Assembly: GCA_016748015.1 (NCBI GenBank)
Contig: JAAOMT010000651.1
Coordinates: 37,482 to 69,698 of the forward strand
DNA length: 32,217 nucleotides
Direction: 5' to 3'
Source of the DNA: Geosiphon pyriformis uo1
Taxonomy: Eukaryota > Fungi > Glomeromycota
The stretch's first letter is position 1; each line of letters opens with the position of its first letter. The notes under the pieces were generated by a model. The model was not told where the DNA came from and did no database searches. It was given only the letters and a program-made list of their open reading frames with translations. The position numbers and the translations under genes were made by a program. Shown in pieces: positions 1-12,298 of the stretch.

Positions 1-57
1 TATTAAAAATATTTTGTTAAGAAAAAATTTTCAAAATTTTCAAAATTTTATATATTG

Positions 58-99
<42 letters not shown>
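58..99. repeat. (ATT)n microsatellite
   Basis: About 14 uninterrupted ATT units read directly. Confidence 0.85.
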
Positions 100-699
100 T
101 ACTATTATTTTAATATATATATATATTAATTTTTTTGATTATAGTATTATCAAGTTTAAATAATTTTCAATTAAGAAACTTTTAATTTTAAAAAAGTTTT
201 TTTTTTGGAAATCAAATTTTTATTTAAAAACTTTTTATTCGTTTTACAATAAAAAATATTTTCAAATATTAATGATTATAATTAAAACAGAAAAATATAC
301 TATTTTTTATATAAAGATTTATAATTATTTATTAAAAAAATAAAGATAAAATGATATAATGATAAATTTTTTTCTTGTTTTAAATTAAGACAACGTTAAA
401 AATAAATTATATTATTTGAAAAGTTGAAAATTTTAATTAATTTAATTTGTTTGAATTAAAAATTTATAATTTGGTAGTTTTTTTTTAAATTGCCAATTCG
501 AGCATAAACAATTAAAACTATTGTAATTAGTTGATTAATATTTTATTTTGTAGTAAATTTTAAGAAATTATATTCCTTTGGATTGATAATATTAGGAATA
601 TAATAAATCATATGAAATAATTTAATAATAATTAAGAATTTACTTAATAATAATAATAATTCTTATGTTAAAAGGTTTTTATTATTCTTGAATAACGTT

Positions 700-1020
700 C
701 CATCAAGCAACATACATTGATGGATTGATTGATTGATTGATTGATTGATTTAGATGGTATAAAAAATTATGGTAAATTGAATTTAAAGAAAAATAATAAT
801 AATTCAAAATTACCAATAAAAGTTATTAATAAACTTTTTAAGGAGGTATATTTTTATTGGTTTAAAAATTTATTTTATATGGAGACTTGCGAAAATACTT
901 AAAGATCGATGGGCTATAGCGTTTAGAATTCATTCTATTGGGTATAGTTCAATTGTGACCTATAGTCGGGCAATATTTTATATAATCGAGATTGGGTAGG
1001 AATTTATAATCTCGGATTAA
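700..1020 (+). pseudogene. Highly decayed, internally deleted protein kinase paralog, convergent with the intact kinase
   Basis: Collinear remnants match the neighbouring kinase: caagcaacatacattgatggattgattgat (QATYIDGLID vs KANLIDGLID), ataaaaaattatggtaaattg (IKNYGKL vs IKHNGEM), tttaaggag|gtata (FKE plus the same intron donor position), ggagacttgcgaaaatactta (GDLRKYL vs GDMRKYL), ggtatagttca.ttgtgacctatagtcgggcaatatttta (GIVHCDL*SGNIL vs GMVHRDLHSGNIL) and ctcggatta (LGL). Confidence 0.75.
723..750. repeat. (GATT)7 microsatellite
   Basis: Seven perfect GATT units at the GLID codons of the kinase pseudogene. Confidence 0.9.
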
Positions 1021-1254
1021 ATTAAACTTGAAGGGAAAATATTATTTTTTTAGGTTTGAGAGAATACTTTATAATAAATTGATAAAGGAATGATTGATTG
1101 ATTAATTAATTCAACAACATTATTTTTATTAATATAATTTAAAATTATATTATAATAAAGGTTATCTAAGAATATATCCTTTATGAAAAGATTCACCAAG
1201 TGATTAACATGATTATTACAAATGGGAAATGAAGATAACCGATCACGATTAGAT

Positions 1255-2063
1255 TCATTTAGACTTGTCTAAATATATTATATATAGCAAAATAAATAAG
1301 TGTTAAAAAATAGCATATCCATAAATTTTATATTCAATCTTTTTTTTTTTTTTTTTTTTCTTTTTAAATTCTTACCTTTAGGTAAATAGACTAATTCTTT
1401 TAAAATAGAATAGTAAAATAAATTAATGTAAATTTTTATTATACTATATAATAATTAAATCAATGAATTAATCAACGTAAAAACTCTAATAAATTAAATA
1501 AACTAACCTTTAGAAAAATCAATCATTTGCAAAGTTAAAACACGACTTGTATAAACTGCTCCTGGATGAATACGAGTTGTTGTTCTCGTTTTTGATTGAT
1601 TTGTTGTCGTTGAGTCGTCACTTTCTGCCATTTCTTTTACGTATTTATCTGATTCTCGAAACTGAAAATCTACAGTTTTAAACTCTTCTATCATTGAAAC
1701 TTCATCTGTATCTTTTACAGCCCACATATACATGTTCAACAACTTATGCCATACTTCTTCAGCAGTAGGACGATTCTTAGGATCAACATCCCAACACTTT
1801 ACAATTATTTCAGCGATGCAAGGTGGAATAAGGGGGGAAGTAATCTTAGGTCTTTGACCATTTAAAATAGCCATTATAAGAATATGATCATGAGAAAAAT
1901 CATGAAATGGAGGCTTTCCTGTTGCTAATTCCCATAATAACATGCGAAAACTATAAATATCACCAGCTGTTGTAAAATTTTCTCCTCTTAAAACTTCTGG
2001 TGGAATGTATGGAATCACTCCATATATCTTTTTTTCTTTCATGTCTTTTCCTGTTGTTGGGTC

Positions 2064-2097
<34 letters not shown>

Positions 2098-3057
2098 GTT
2101 GTTGCTTCATGGTTTACTGGTTGACATAATCCGAGGTCTCCAATGTTTGCCTGAGAAGTAGTCATTTGTAGAATGTTGCCCGAGTGTAGGTCACGATGAA
2201 CCATACCAGAAGAATGAATTTGTAAAAGTCCTGAAGCTATTGCACCCGCGATCAATAATTTATCATACCAACTCGTAGAATAAAAATTTGTTGATAAATA
2301 TTTTCGCATATCTCCAAGTTTAGCAAAGGGCATGACAATTCCATACTCGAGTGTTTTAGCGTTTTGCGTAATTCCATACATTGTGGAGAAATATTTTAAG
2401 TATTTACCTTTGTTATTAATAAACATAGCTCTTTCAATATTTAACTATCAACGACACAGTGTAAAAAAGTAAATAAACGATAATAATATACAGTAAATAA
2501 ATAATAAGTAAAAATAAATTAATTAAAAATTAATTTTAGATAAATAATAATAATAATAATAATATAAATATAAATATAAATAATAATAGTTTGTTTACCT
2601 CTTTAAACACTTCTTCACTGTTCGTTGACATAATTTTTATTACTACTTCCACTGTTCCTTCTCTTTTATAGTCCATTTCACCATTATGTTTTATACTTCT
2701 TACATCAATTAATCCATCAATTAGATTTGCTTTATAAATTATACTGAACCCTCCTCTAGCAATTTCGTGGATATTCGACAAACGCTCCCATGGAATCCAT
2801 TCATAATAATTCAATATACTATAATAGTCATTATTCTTAATAGGTGGAATATAGATTGGATTCCTAATTATTTCATCAACTTCTTTATTGCTGCTTGAAA
2901 AGTTCTTATAAAGTTTTTTAAAAAATATGAACTTGCATGTCATACACAGATTACCACAATTCTTTTGATTTTTTTTAATACTGTCTTGACATTTTTCACA
3001 CTCATTGCAATCATGTGTTTCTGGACGAGTTGTTCTTTTAATTTCTTTGTTTTCCAT
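1255..3057 (-). CDS. Spliced tyrosine-kinase-like (TKL) protein kinase of the Glomeromycota-expanded type. Predicted exons 3057..2599, 2444..1508, 1396(or 1390)..1376, 1268..1255
   Basis: Motifs EWIPW, IARGGFSIIYKA, VVIK, HRDLHSGNIL, DLG, YGVIPYIPPE, DIYSF, CWDVDPKNRP and HPGAVYTSR. A phase-0 GT..AG intron (2598..2445) joins the two ORF-track ORFs in frame (EVFKE|LNIERAMF). The small 3' exons are inferred from GTTAGT/GTAAG donors and AG acceptors (…FSK(EL)VYLPKDKSK*) and are less certain. Confidence 0.9.
2064..2102 (-). repeat. (ACA)n coding microsatellite encoding 13 Thr in the kinase activation segment
   Basis: 39 nt between DLGLCQPVNHEA and DPTTGKDMKEKKIYGVIPY. Confidence 0.95.
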
Positions 3058-4299
3058 GGTATGAATAAGAACGGATAAAATATATATATAGATTATTATT
3101 CGACGTTTAAAAAAGTAATTTGCCTAAATGCCGAGTTCTTATTTATATTGTTTCTCTGTTAAAAAATTAATTTATTAACCTTAAAAAATGTCTTTATTAA
3201 TCAAACTATGATTCGTTATAAATTATACTAAATAGGTTAAAGTAGGTACACACAAAGAAATACGCCAAACAAGTTTCATTGTATTATTGCCTAAACGAGT
3301 AATAATAAAAATTCCCGATGAGAATTTTCAAAAGGATATGATTTAATCATAAAACCCATATAGCTTATATAACTTTTTCTTAACCAATTATATTTTCTTT
3401 TAACAGATCTGTGAATAAAGCATAATTATTTCTGTAAATATCATAAGTTCAGTTAAATACTCAACTTGATATCTTTCAAAATTTAAAAAACTTTGAAAAT
3501 TTTTTTTCTTTCAAACTTTTTAAGATTAACAATAATAACCTTTTAACTTTTAATAATAACAAAAAAGTAATGAAATTTTTGACAAAAATATTTTTATTTT
3601 TTATATATATTTACAAATTATAATAATAACCTGTAATCTTACCATTATTTTAATATGCAAAAAATTTGAAATTATTAATAAAAATCTGTTTATATGCTTT
3701 TTACACAAATAATTATTTATTTAAGTTAAATAAAATTATTTTATACAATTTATTATGGTTTTTTATATAATTGTTTAAAGTAATTATAAAATTTATTAAC
3801 ATTAAACAAATTTATGTATTAAATTTTATTTTTCTTAATTTTTTATTATTTTGAAAAATTTTAATTAATTTTAATTTAAACTGTTTAAACTTTGTTTAAT
3901 TTACTTGAAATTTATTTATAAATACATAAACTTTAGCTTAAATTATTTAAACTATTTAAAATTTAGTTCTAAATTGTTTAAAATTGTTTTTGTATTCAAA
4001 GTTTAAAGTTTTACATATTTTAATTATAGTATTTTATTATATTTGTGAATTAAAAATAATTATTTTTATATTAATTTAATATATAGATTGAAATATTAAA
4101 CTAATAATAATTTTTAATAACTATAAAAACGAGATTTGCGATACTAAAATTATGTTGATTTTTTTGGTCTATTTTTGATCTATAATATTGATAATTTTGG
4201 TTAAATAATTCGGTTTTTATTATTTGTTCTTTTTAAATAACTTTATTCTAATACTATTAATAATTTTGTTATTACTTTTTAATTATTTTTAATAATAAT

Positions 4300-4850
4300 A
4301 TAACCTAAATTCTAGTTAATAATATTAAAAACATTAAAACTTAAACAAACTATTATAGGTTATTAAAAAAACTAAAAAAAAAAATTATTTTTAACAATAT
4401 ATTTTCAAATCTTATAATTAATAATTTTAATAAAAAAACTATTATTAAAAAAATAATATATTAATATGATTGGTTTATAATATATAAAAATATTATTAAA
4501 TATGTACAAAACTATAACTTTTGTTAAAAAAAAAAAGATCAAAAACAAAAAAATTATTATAATTTATATTTATTAAAAACTTATTTGATAAAATAAAAAT
4601 TAACTTAATATAATTTTTTTTAATTATTTTTTTAAAAAACAAATATATTATAATAGTAATTAACTATTTTACCAAATTGCTTAAACCAAAAACAATTTAA
4701 GTAGTTATACTAAATTAATAATTAAATTTCTGTATTAAAATTTAATATATTAATATAAATATTTTAAAAAATTATTATTAAATTAAACACTTTATTAATA
4801 GTATTTTAAAATAATTTTATTAAATAATTTAACAAAATTCAAATTATTTA
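4300..4850 (+). mobile_element. Ancient, almost fully AT-converted Ty3/Gypsy integrase fragment (approximate bounds)
   Basis: Aligns by eye to the integrase at 22323..21850, mostly through G>A/C>T changes. Examples: aacaaatatattataatagtaattaactattttaccaaattgcttaaa vs aacagatacatagcaatagctatagactattttactaaatggccagag; attattaaatatgtacaaaactataacttttgt vs atcattcaatatgttcaaaattgtgatgcttgt. Confidence 0.7.
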
Positions 4851-5081
4851 TATTAAATAGAAAGAAAATTGCTAATATTATATTTTTAGTATTAATTATT
4901 AAAAAAAATTATAATAAAAATAATTATATTAATAAAAAAAATTAATTAATTTAATTATACCTTTTTTAAAAAAAATATAGTATTATAAAAATTATGTATT
5001 TTTTAAAAGCTTAAGTATATTAGTTAATTAAAATATTAATTAAAATAATTTTAAAATTGAATATATTTTTTTTCTTTTATT

Positions 5082-7166
5082 ATGACTAAAACAAAAAGTA
5101 AAAAAGTTTTAAACATTATTTTTTTTATAGTAACTAATAAAGTTTTAACAAAAAAAAGTTTTTTTATTATTAAAGCAATTAGACAAAATATTTTGGTAAT
5201 ATTTTTCTTAAATATCAATAATAAAAAGCTGTTTTTAATAATTTTTAAAACATTTTTTTTATCTTTAATTAATGGTTTTCTATAATTTAAAGTTTTTTTC
5301 AAAAGATATATTTAAATTAATTTTAGTATTGTTTTTATTTTTTTTAAGAATTTCAAAATTTTTAATAATAAATTAATTAACAAATTAGTTTTTTGTATTA
5401 TTATTATTATTACTTTGTAAATAGCCAAAAAAACCAAAAATTTTAAAAAACAATAACAGTTATTTATATCTGTTATTATTATATCAAACTTCTTTATAAT
5501 TTTAAATAAAAGTTTTTTAATAATAATTAACACTTTTTTAATATAAATAACAATAATAACAACATATTTTCAAGATAAGTTAAGATTAATTACTAATTGT
5601 ATTATTAAATATGGTGTTTTTTAGCAGATTTTTATTGGTTTTAAAAACAAAACAACTTATTAAGTTATTTAATCTTAAGAATTGAACTGATTAAATAAAA
5701 AAAGAATCAATTTTTTTTGTTTTTTAATTATTAAAATTTTTTTAAATAAGTAATTTTTATTTTGGTGTTTAGTATTATATTTAAAATTAAATTGGTTTTG
5801 GTTAATTTTTTGTTCAAGTTGCTATTTGGTTTTGTTGAACTTAAATTAATTTTTAAAAATAATATTAAGTTATTTTGTATAGATTTTGCTTTTAAATCTT
5901 TCTTAATTGTTGTTATTAATATTGTTATTAGTGTTTTTTTAATTATATTTAAGATTGCAAAATTTTAAGTAATAATTTCTGGTTTTTTTTTATTTTTTTT
6001 GTACTTTATAATGTTTTTTTTTGTATATTTTTTAATAATATTATAAATACTCTTAGTATTTTTGGTATAATTTTTTTTGTTAAGTTAAAGTTTGCTAATT
6101 TATAATAATATATTATTGTTAATTTTAAAAAAAATTTTTATTGCTATTGTTTTTGTTTATTGGTTTGTATTAATAAAAATTTTTTTTGTTTAATTAAAAA
6201 AAAATTATTATCTTAAAAAACACTTATAAGATTAAGTTAATCAATTTTTTTTGATTATATTGCTTTTAAAATTAATGATTTAATTTTTTAAATTAATGAC
6301 TATATATATTTTATTTTTTACTTTTTTTAAATCTTATTATTTTTAATATTTTATGATTATTATATTTAAGTTTTATAAGTTGTTGAATTTTACTATTATA
6401 AAAATTAGTACTTTATATAAGTGTTATATTTAATAAAAAACTTTTAAATATTATTACTATTATAAATATTAAAGTTTAAACTACTTATTTAAAAATTATA
6501 AAATATTATTATTTTATTTTTTTAAATTATTTATTAAATTTTTTGTTAACTTTAAGTTTTTTATATTATTTTTGATTAATAAACAGTTTTATGCTAAGAG
6601 TTTTACTTTTTTGTTTTCTTTTTATGTTGTTTTTTTGGCCATTTTTGTTATTAATCTCAAATTTGATTCTAAATTAAATTTTTTAAAGTTTTAAATTTAA
6701 AGTTTGATTAATTTAATTAAGTTTATTATTAAACTTATTGATTTTTTAATTATTTTAATTATTTCTTTTTAACTAAAAATATATAAAAGAATTACAAAGT
6801 ATAAAAATATTTACTTTTTATAATTAATGTTTTTAAAAGCTTTATTTTTTTTTGATTAATATGTTTAAAAACTTTGTTTGTTTAAAGTTAAAATTAACTT
6901 TAATAATATAGATAAAATAAAATTAATGCTGTTAAAGCATTTTTTTTGAGTAAAAATATATGTGATTATTTGGTTGTTTTGTAATAAATATGTAATTTTA
7001 ATATTAAAAATAGTATTAAAAAATCTAAGTTGTTTTTTAATAATTTTATTTTTAATATTCAAAATTTAAATAATATTATTAAGAAACTTAATAAACTAGA
7101 TTTATTTTTGGTTTTTTTTAATTTAATTTAGTTAATATCATAATTAACTTAAGTAGTTGGTTACAT
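5082..7166 (+). mobile_element. Heavily decayed non-LTR retrotransposon (LINE) ORF1 plus the first codons of ORF2, truncated at the solo LTR
   Basis: A residual frame from ATG 5082 (MTKTKSKK…, LVFSIIFKIKL…KLFCIDFA) resembles fungal LINE ORF1 proteins (recognition from recall). There is a probable eroded CCHC knuckle near 6450-6500, an ORF1 end near 7130, and then a VVG(C)M-like endonuclease start. Confidence 0.55.
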
Positions 7167-8108
7167 TGTTACAAGTAATTATTTGGGGTTTAAAAACAAA
7201 TAACAAACTCATAACTTGGTGTTTAATAGCCAGTATAGTTAATAATTCTGAAGGTTTTAATATCTGAAGGTTTTGGTTAAGCCTTTTGTATAATGAACAG
7301 AGATTTAATGGGTATATTCTTTAGTAATGCTTTTAGTGTTTTTTCAACTCTTAAATTGGTGTACTTGGTTGTTTGTCACTTCTTAAAATATTTATATTCC
7401 ATTAATTTCTTTCTCAGCTTGATAGCCAGTAATTTCTTGGTAAGCTATCCTCAATTTTGAGTGTTTACCCTTATACTTGTGTCTTTTACTAGTATTATAT
7501 CCTAACATCAGTACTCTATACATTAATTTTTTAATCAATTAGTAAATTCACAACAAAAATACAAGAAAAAAAATAAAAAAAATAAAAAAAATAATAAAGC
7601 AATAAGCCAAGACAAGAAAAAGTTAGTATCTTATCAATAGCTGTGATCAAAAGCTATTGGTTTAGTGTAGTTAAGTATTGGTAACTATTAACATAAAGTA
7701 TTAATAGTAAAAGATAGATTGTGATAATTAATAAGTATTTTATTAATATTTTATATTTCTATTTTAAGGTATAGAATACTATTGTATAAAGAAATAGATA
7801 GAAAATTAGAACTAAAAGTTCTAAAACTAAGGATTCTGTCTTTTTTGCTTCTAATACTATTACTATATATACATAAATTTTATTGTATAAGATTCCTTGA
7901 ATTCCTTAATTTTTTAACCAAAAATTCTGTAATTTCTTAAGAAGAATTCTGGAATTTTGGAATCCTGCAATTTTTTATACAGAAATCCTGTAATTTTGGA
8001 ATTCTGCAATTCCTCTAAGAGAAATTCTGGGATTTTACTTTTACTATGTCTTATTTTGATTGGCTAATTTATGGACTAATATATAATTTCTATATTTTAT
8101 AAGTAACA
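7167..8108 (-). mobile_element. Solo LTR (942 bp), older subfamily related to the LTRs of the Gypsy element at 19570..29740
   Basis: TGTTACA…GTAACA termini. Shared blocks with the Gypsy LTRs: duplicated tctgaaggtttt, ttagtatc..tcaatagc..tgatcaa.agctattg, the GGAATTC/GAATCC array and gattggctaat. Flanks are ACAT / ATAT. Confidence 0.9.
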
Positions 8109-8111
8109 ATA

Positions 8112-9525
8112 TTAAACAAAATCTCATATTTGTAATTATATTCTTACTTGCAAAAAAAGTGAATTCAAAAACAACAGATAATTTTTGGATTACCAAATAA
8201 TTACAAACCATATATACAAGACAAGAAAATTGTGTTTAATATGCTTAAATATCAAATTATTAATAAAATATTAATTTAGATAAATATTTTTTGTAATATA
8301 CTCTTTACCATATTATTATATCTATATTTCTATTGGCCACTTTTTCAGAGATATAATAATTAATTTTGTTAAGTTCTTTTTTTTTGTTATTGTCAAAGTC
8401 TGTTTTTAATATAAATTATATAACTGATGCTATAGTATTATTAAAATTGCTATTTAACAAAAAACTGTCATTTAATATTGATATAATATTTAATATGTAC
8501 TCTATTTCAAAGAAAGTATGTATTTTAAAGATTCATTTATCATGTAAGAATTGAAAAATAAAATTATTTAAATAAATTAATAACTTATAATTCTTTTATT
8601 TTATTAATATTATTATCCAAAAAATTTTTCTTTGTAAAATACTTGAATTTTCTTCTTGGATCCAATGCAATACAAAGCATTATAATTGTATTTGTTTTAG
8701 AATAATATTCAACCAACTTTTCTTTTATTGTTCTATTTGTTGTAATAAGTAATAGATTTAATATTAAATATGTTAAATAAATAACTAAATAAATACAATT
8801 AAAATTATAATGCTTTACCAAATTTATTATTATTAACTGTGTCTTTAACATGATTAAAAATGATATTAAAGAAGGAAATAATCAAGGATGCAATATTATT
8901 TGAATTGGCTAATATTTTAACTATAATATTCTTAAATAGTTCAAGAAATTTAGCAATTTTATTGAAAACAGTCCACTAATTATATAAAATAGCATATTAA
9001 TAGAGGTCAATATAAGTGCTAGTAAGAATACTTAATGCTTATAAATTTACAATTAAAATTTTTGTATTCAAAATATACAAATTTAGAAATAAATAACTTG
9101 TTAATTTAAGAGATAATCTATTCTTGACTATATTATAAATAAAATTCTACCAAATAGAATAATTTAAAATGAATTTACAGTATTTAATTTAACATGTATT
9201 ATAGATATGTTCAAAGAGCTTAAAATATTGAGACAAGATACAAATTACAAAGTTAAATTTTTTAATCTTTAATTTATACCAAGTTTATATTAAGAAAATT
9301 TTAAGTAAATATATTCAGTTTGGGTTTTTAACAAATATCTTGAAAACATCATCCTTTATTTTATCTAAAATTATCTGTACTATTAAGTTTAAACTATAAT
9401 CAAAATATTAAAATTGAAGATTTTTTGAGTTTTATTAAATGTTTTTCTCTTTTAATTTTTTTGCTAACTTTTTTACAAAAGTACTATTATTTGCAATATT
9501 ATTAAAGGTAATAGTAAAAAGCTGT
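8112..9525 (-). pseudogene. Decayed hAT-superfamily transposase
   Basis: Collinear eroded motifs: TITFNNIANN (TDNAxN), SLNLIVQIIL (HxLNL), ILNYSIW*N (DxxTRWNS), CIALDPRRKFKYF (LDPR), and the C-terminal dimerisation-like MVCNYLVIQKLSVVFE. Confidence 0.75.
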
Positions 9526-9624
9526 CAAAAAAAATTAAGTTATTACTAATAAAATTAATAGTAAACTTGTATAAAAAGAAAATAAATGTAATTCTTTCTT
9601 AAACTTCTCTCTTAATCTTTTTGG

Positions 9625-9850
9625 CTAAAAATTTGGCTTAAAACAATAATAAAAATCACTTAAACTAATATTAAAAAAATACAGTTTTTAAAAATATAAG
9701 CACTGTAATAATTCTAAGTCTCAAATAATACTAATACCAAAAATTCAGCTTTGGAGCAATAATAAAAACCAACTTTAGCCAATATTAACAAAATACAATT
9801 TTTGATAATATGAACACTATAATAACTCTAAATCTCAAATGATACTAATA
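9625..9850. repeat. Diverged ~114-bp tandem duplication
   Basis: The block aatattaa.aaaataca.tttt…cact.taataa.tctaa.tctcaaat.atactaata starts at both 9667 and 9781. Confidence 0.7.
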
Positions 9851-10402
9851 TGTTATATGATATGTCAATTTCATTATTGGCTATTGATTAATCCAAATTC
9901 ATGTAAAAATATACATATATATCTTTGATGTAATTTTATAATTTTTTAATATTTTAAAAAATCTATTTGTAATATTTATTTTATTATGTTGTTTATTCAT
10001 TAATCCAAAATTAATTATTGTTTATTGAAGATTTTAATTGTTATTAATATAATAAGTAGTAATAAAAACAAAAACTTTGTTATTAAAAGATGTTCAAAAA
10101 TCTAATGTAAAAAAATTTTGGACTTAATAATACTTAAATATGCCTATAATATTATAAGTATAAATAAAAAAAAAAAGATATTTTATAATAAAAATAGTGC
10201 TTATTTTTAATTTTTGTTTACCCAAAACATAGAATTTTATGACTCTATTCTTAATTGTATCAGCACAAACAGATTGAAAAATGGGATTTAAATATTGAAA
10301 TATTTTGATTAATTCAAAATCTTTTACTATAAAAAAATTTTTTTACTCTTTATCTTTTTTATTTTCGCAATTATTTTTTTTAGCATATCTTTATTTGTAA
10401 CT

Positions 10403-12298
10403 ATAAAACCAGTAGGTTCTTTTGTTAGTGAATTAGTATCTAGTTTGGCTGAGTTGAAAACCCAGTTTAGTGTTAAAACCAAATATTTAGTGAATACTTA
10501 TTTGCATAATACATCTTATAAAAAACCCAAGAAACCTATTATTGTTGACAATATGATTGAAATATCTGCTGGCCTTCTGAATCTTGCAGATATAATTACT
10601 AACAAGTCTATGAAGTTTTGGAGCAGCAAAGTGAACAGCAAGACAAGCAGTATTAGTAATATATTAGACCTAAAAAACATAAAAAATACAGTTGCAGAAG
10701 AAACCAGCTATACAGATTCAAATGCTTCAAAAGTTGATAATATAATGGACAATATTACATATAAGAAAACATATACTAAAACATATGTTTTGAACAGCCA
10801 GCCAAAGAAGATTTTTTTTAACAATTTAAGTAATAATAATGATAATATTTTGACACTTTTAGTTTCTAAGTTTTCTGGTGCTAAGTGTTTGCTAACAGTT
10901 AGATCACATGTTTTGAATAAGTGCAATTTTAAGCTAATTAAATTTTTTATGTTAAATATTGAGTTATCTGCAGTGTTAAACAAAACTAATAATAATAAAT
11001 TGATTGCAATTAAGAAAATTTTTTATTGAATTGATAGTTTTGAAGAAGTTTTTACTTCCTCAAAATTTCCAGAAATAATTAGGTATTTTTTTATTTCGAA
11101 TTTAAGTTTGCAAAAGACTAAAAAATTGGTTATTAGTAAAAAAATTCTTGTTAATATTGATATTAAAAAAACAAACAACCATATAAATTGGAAAATTATT
11201 GTTAAAGAGATTCTGGTTGATCTTTCCAAATTGGCTATAAAAACAGTTTTTTCCAAATTTGGTAAAATAGTTTTAATTAAAATGCAACTGATTAGTCTTT
11301 GGCAAAAGACTTTAGTTGAGTTTGAATTATCTAAAGTTGCTAGTTTGATTGTGTTTAAGTGATCAGTTCTCATGGATAAAAATTCTGTATGAATAATATT
11401 AGTTGTTAATAATAAGCAGTTATGAGTATTAAAAAATTAGTATCAGATTTTGCTATACATTTTGTCAGTTAGCATTACAGCTTATGATTTTTCTGATTTG
11501 ATAGAATTTTATAATAAGAAGACTTGTTTCATTAGCCATAATCCAAATTCATATGTGTATAATAGATATGTTGTGGTTTGTTTTGGAGATAAGACATTTA
11601 AGAAGATTGTTATTAGTTTTGTTCTAGTTTTTAAGAATATAAATCTGTATTGGGCTGGTTTTTTTTTAGTCTGTTGTGTTTAGTATAAACAATTTGGTCA
11701 TGTTTTTAATATATGTTTAGTGGGTAAGAATTCTAGTAATTACAGTAAGCAGATAATATATTCTCAGGATCAAAGTCATCTAGTGAATATATATAAGAAA
11801 AAGCAGGTGTTAATTGCTTGCTCAGTTTTATTTGAAAGTAAAACTTGGGTTTAAGTTGTTAATAGTTTCTTTTTTTGTGTAGTGCCTGTAGTTTTTTTTG
11901 GTGTTAGTTTATCTTTGGATGCAAAATCTCTCCTGCTGGTTTTTTTGGACATGAATAACAGGTTTGTTACTTTTGAGTACAGTCTTGCTAGCCTTGTAGA
12001 GCAAGTTAGTAAGCTGGCTAAGAGATTAGATGCATTCAGGCCAACAGTTTTTCAGTCTAGCCTTAAATGTTAGCCATTGATTGCCTTTTCATCACAGTAT
12101 CAAGGAGCAAATAAAGTAATAAGTGAAAGTTTGGATGTAGTTACTTGTAGTAAGACTATAGTAAAAGTAATATTTTTAGATCAATTAACTATTAAGAAGT
12201 TTAAAAAAAAGTTAAGTAATTTATTGAATATAGTTATAAAATTATTGGCCAAATTAGACAATAAAAGTTTAAGCTTGAATATTTTTTTTTATCAATAA
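10403..12298 (+). pseudogene. LINE ORF1 (nucleic-acid-binding protein), decayed
   Basis: ORF-track fragments 10445, 11108, 11450, 11882 and 12077 are successive pieces. Eroded CCHC knuckle CV*YKQFGHVFNIC at ~11674-11716. The start is inferred as ATG>ATA. Confidence 0.75.

Noticed and set aside
3870-3990. Loose ttaaact/ttaaatt short repeats
   Set aside because: Too degenerate in extremely AT-rich DNA to distinguish from low complexity.
5051-7062. Short I/K/L/F/N-rich ORFs on both strands
   Set aside because: Artefacts of AT-converted TE sequence, not independent genes.
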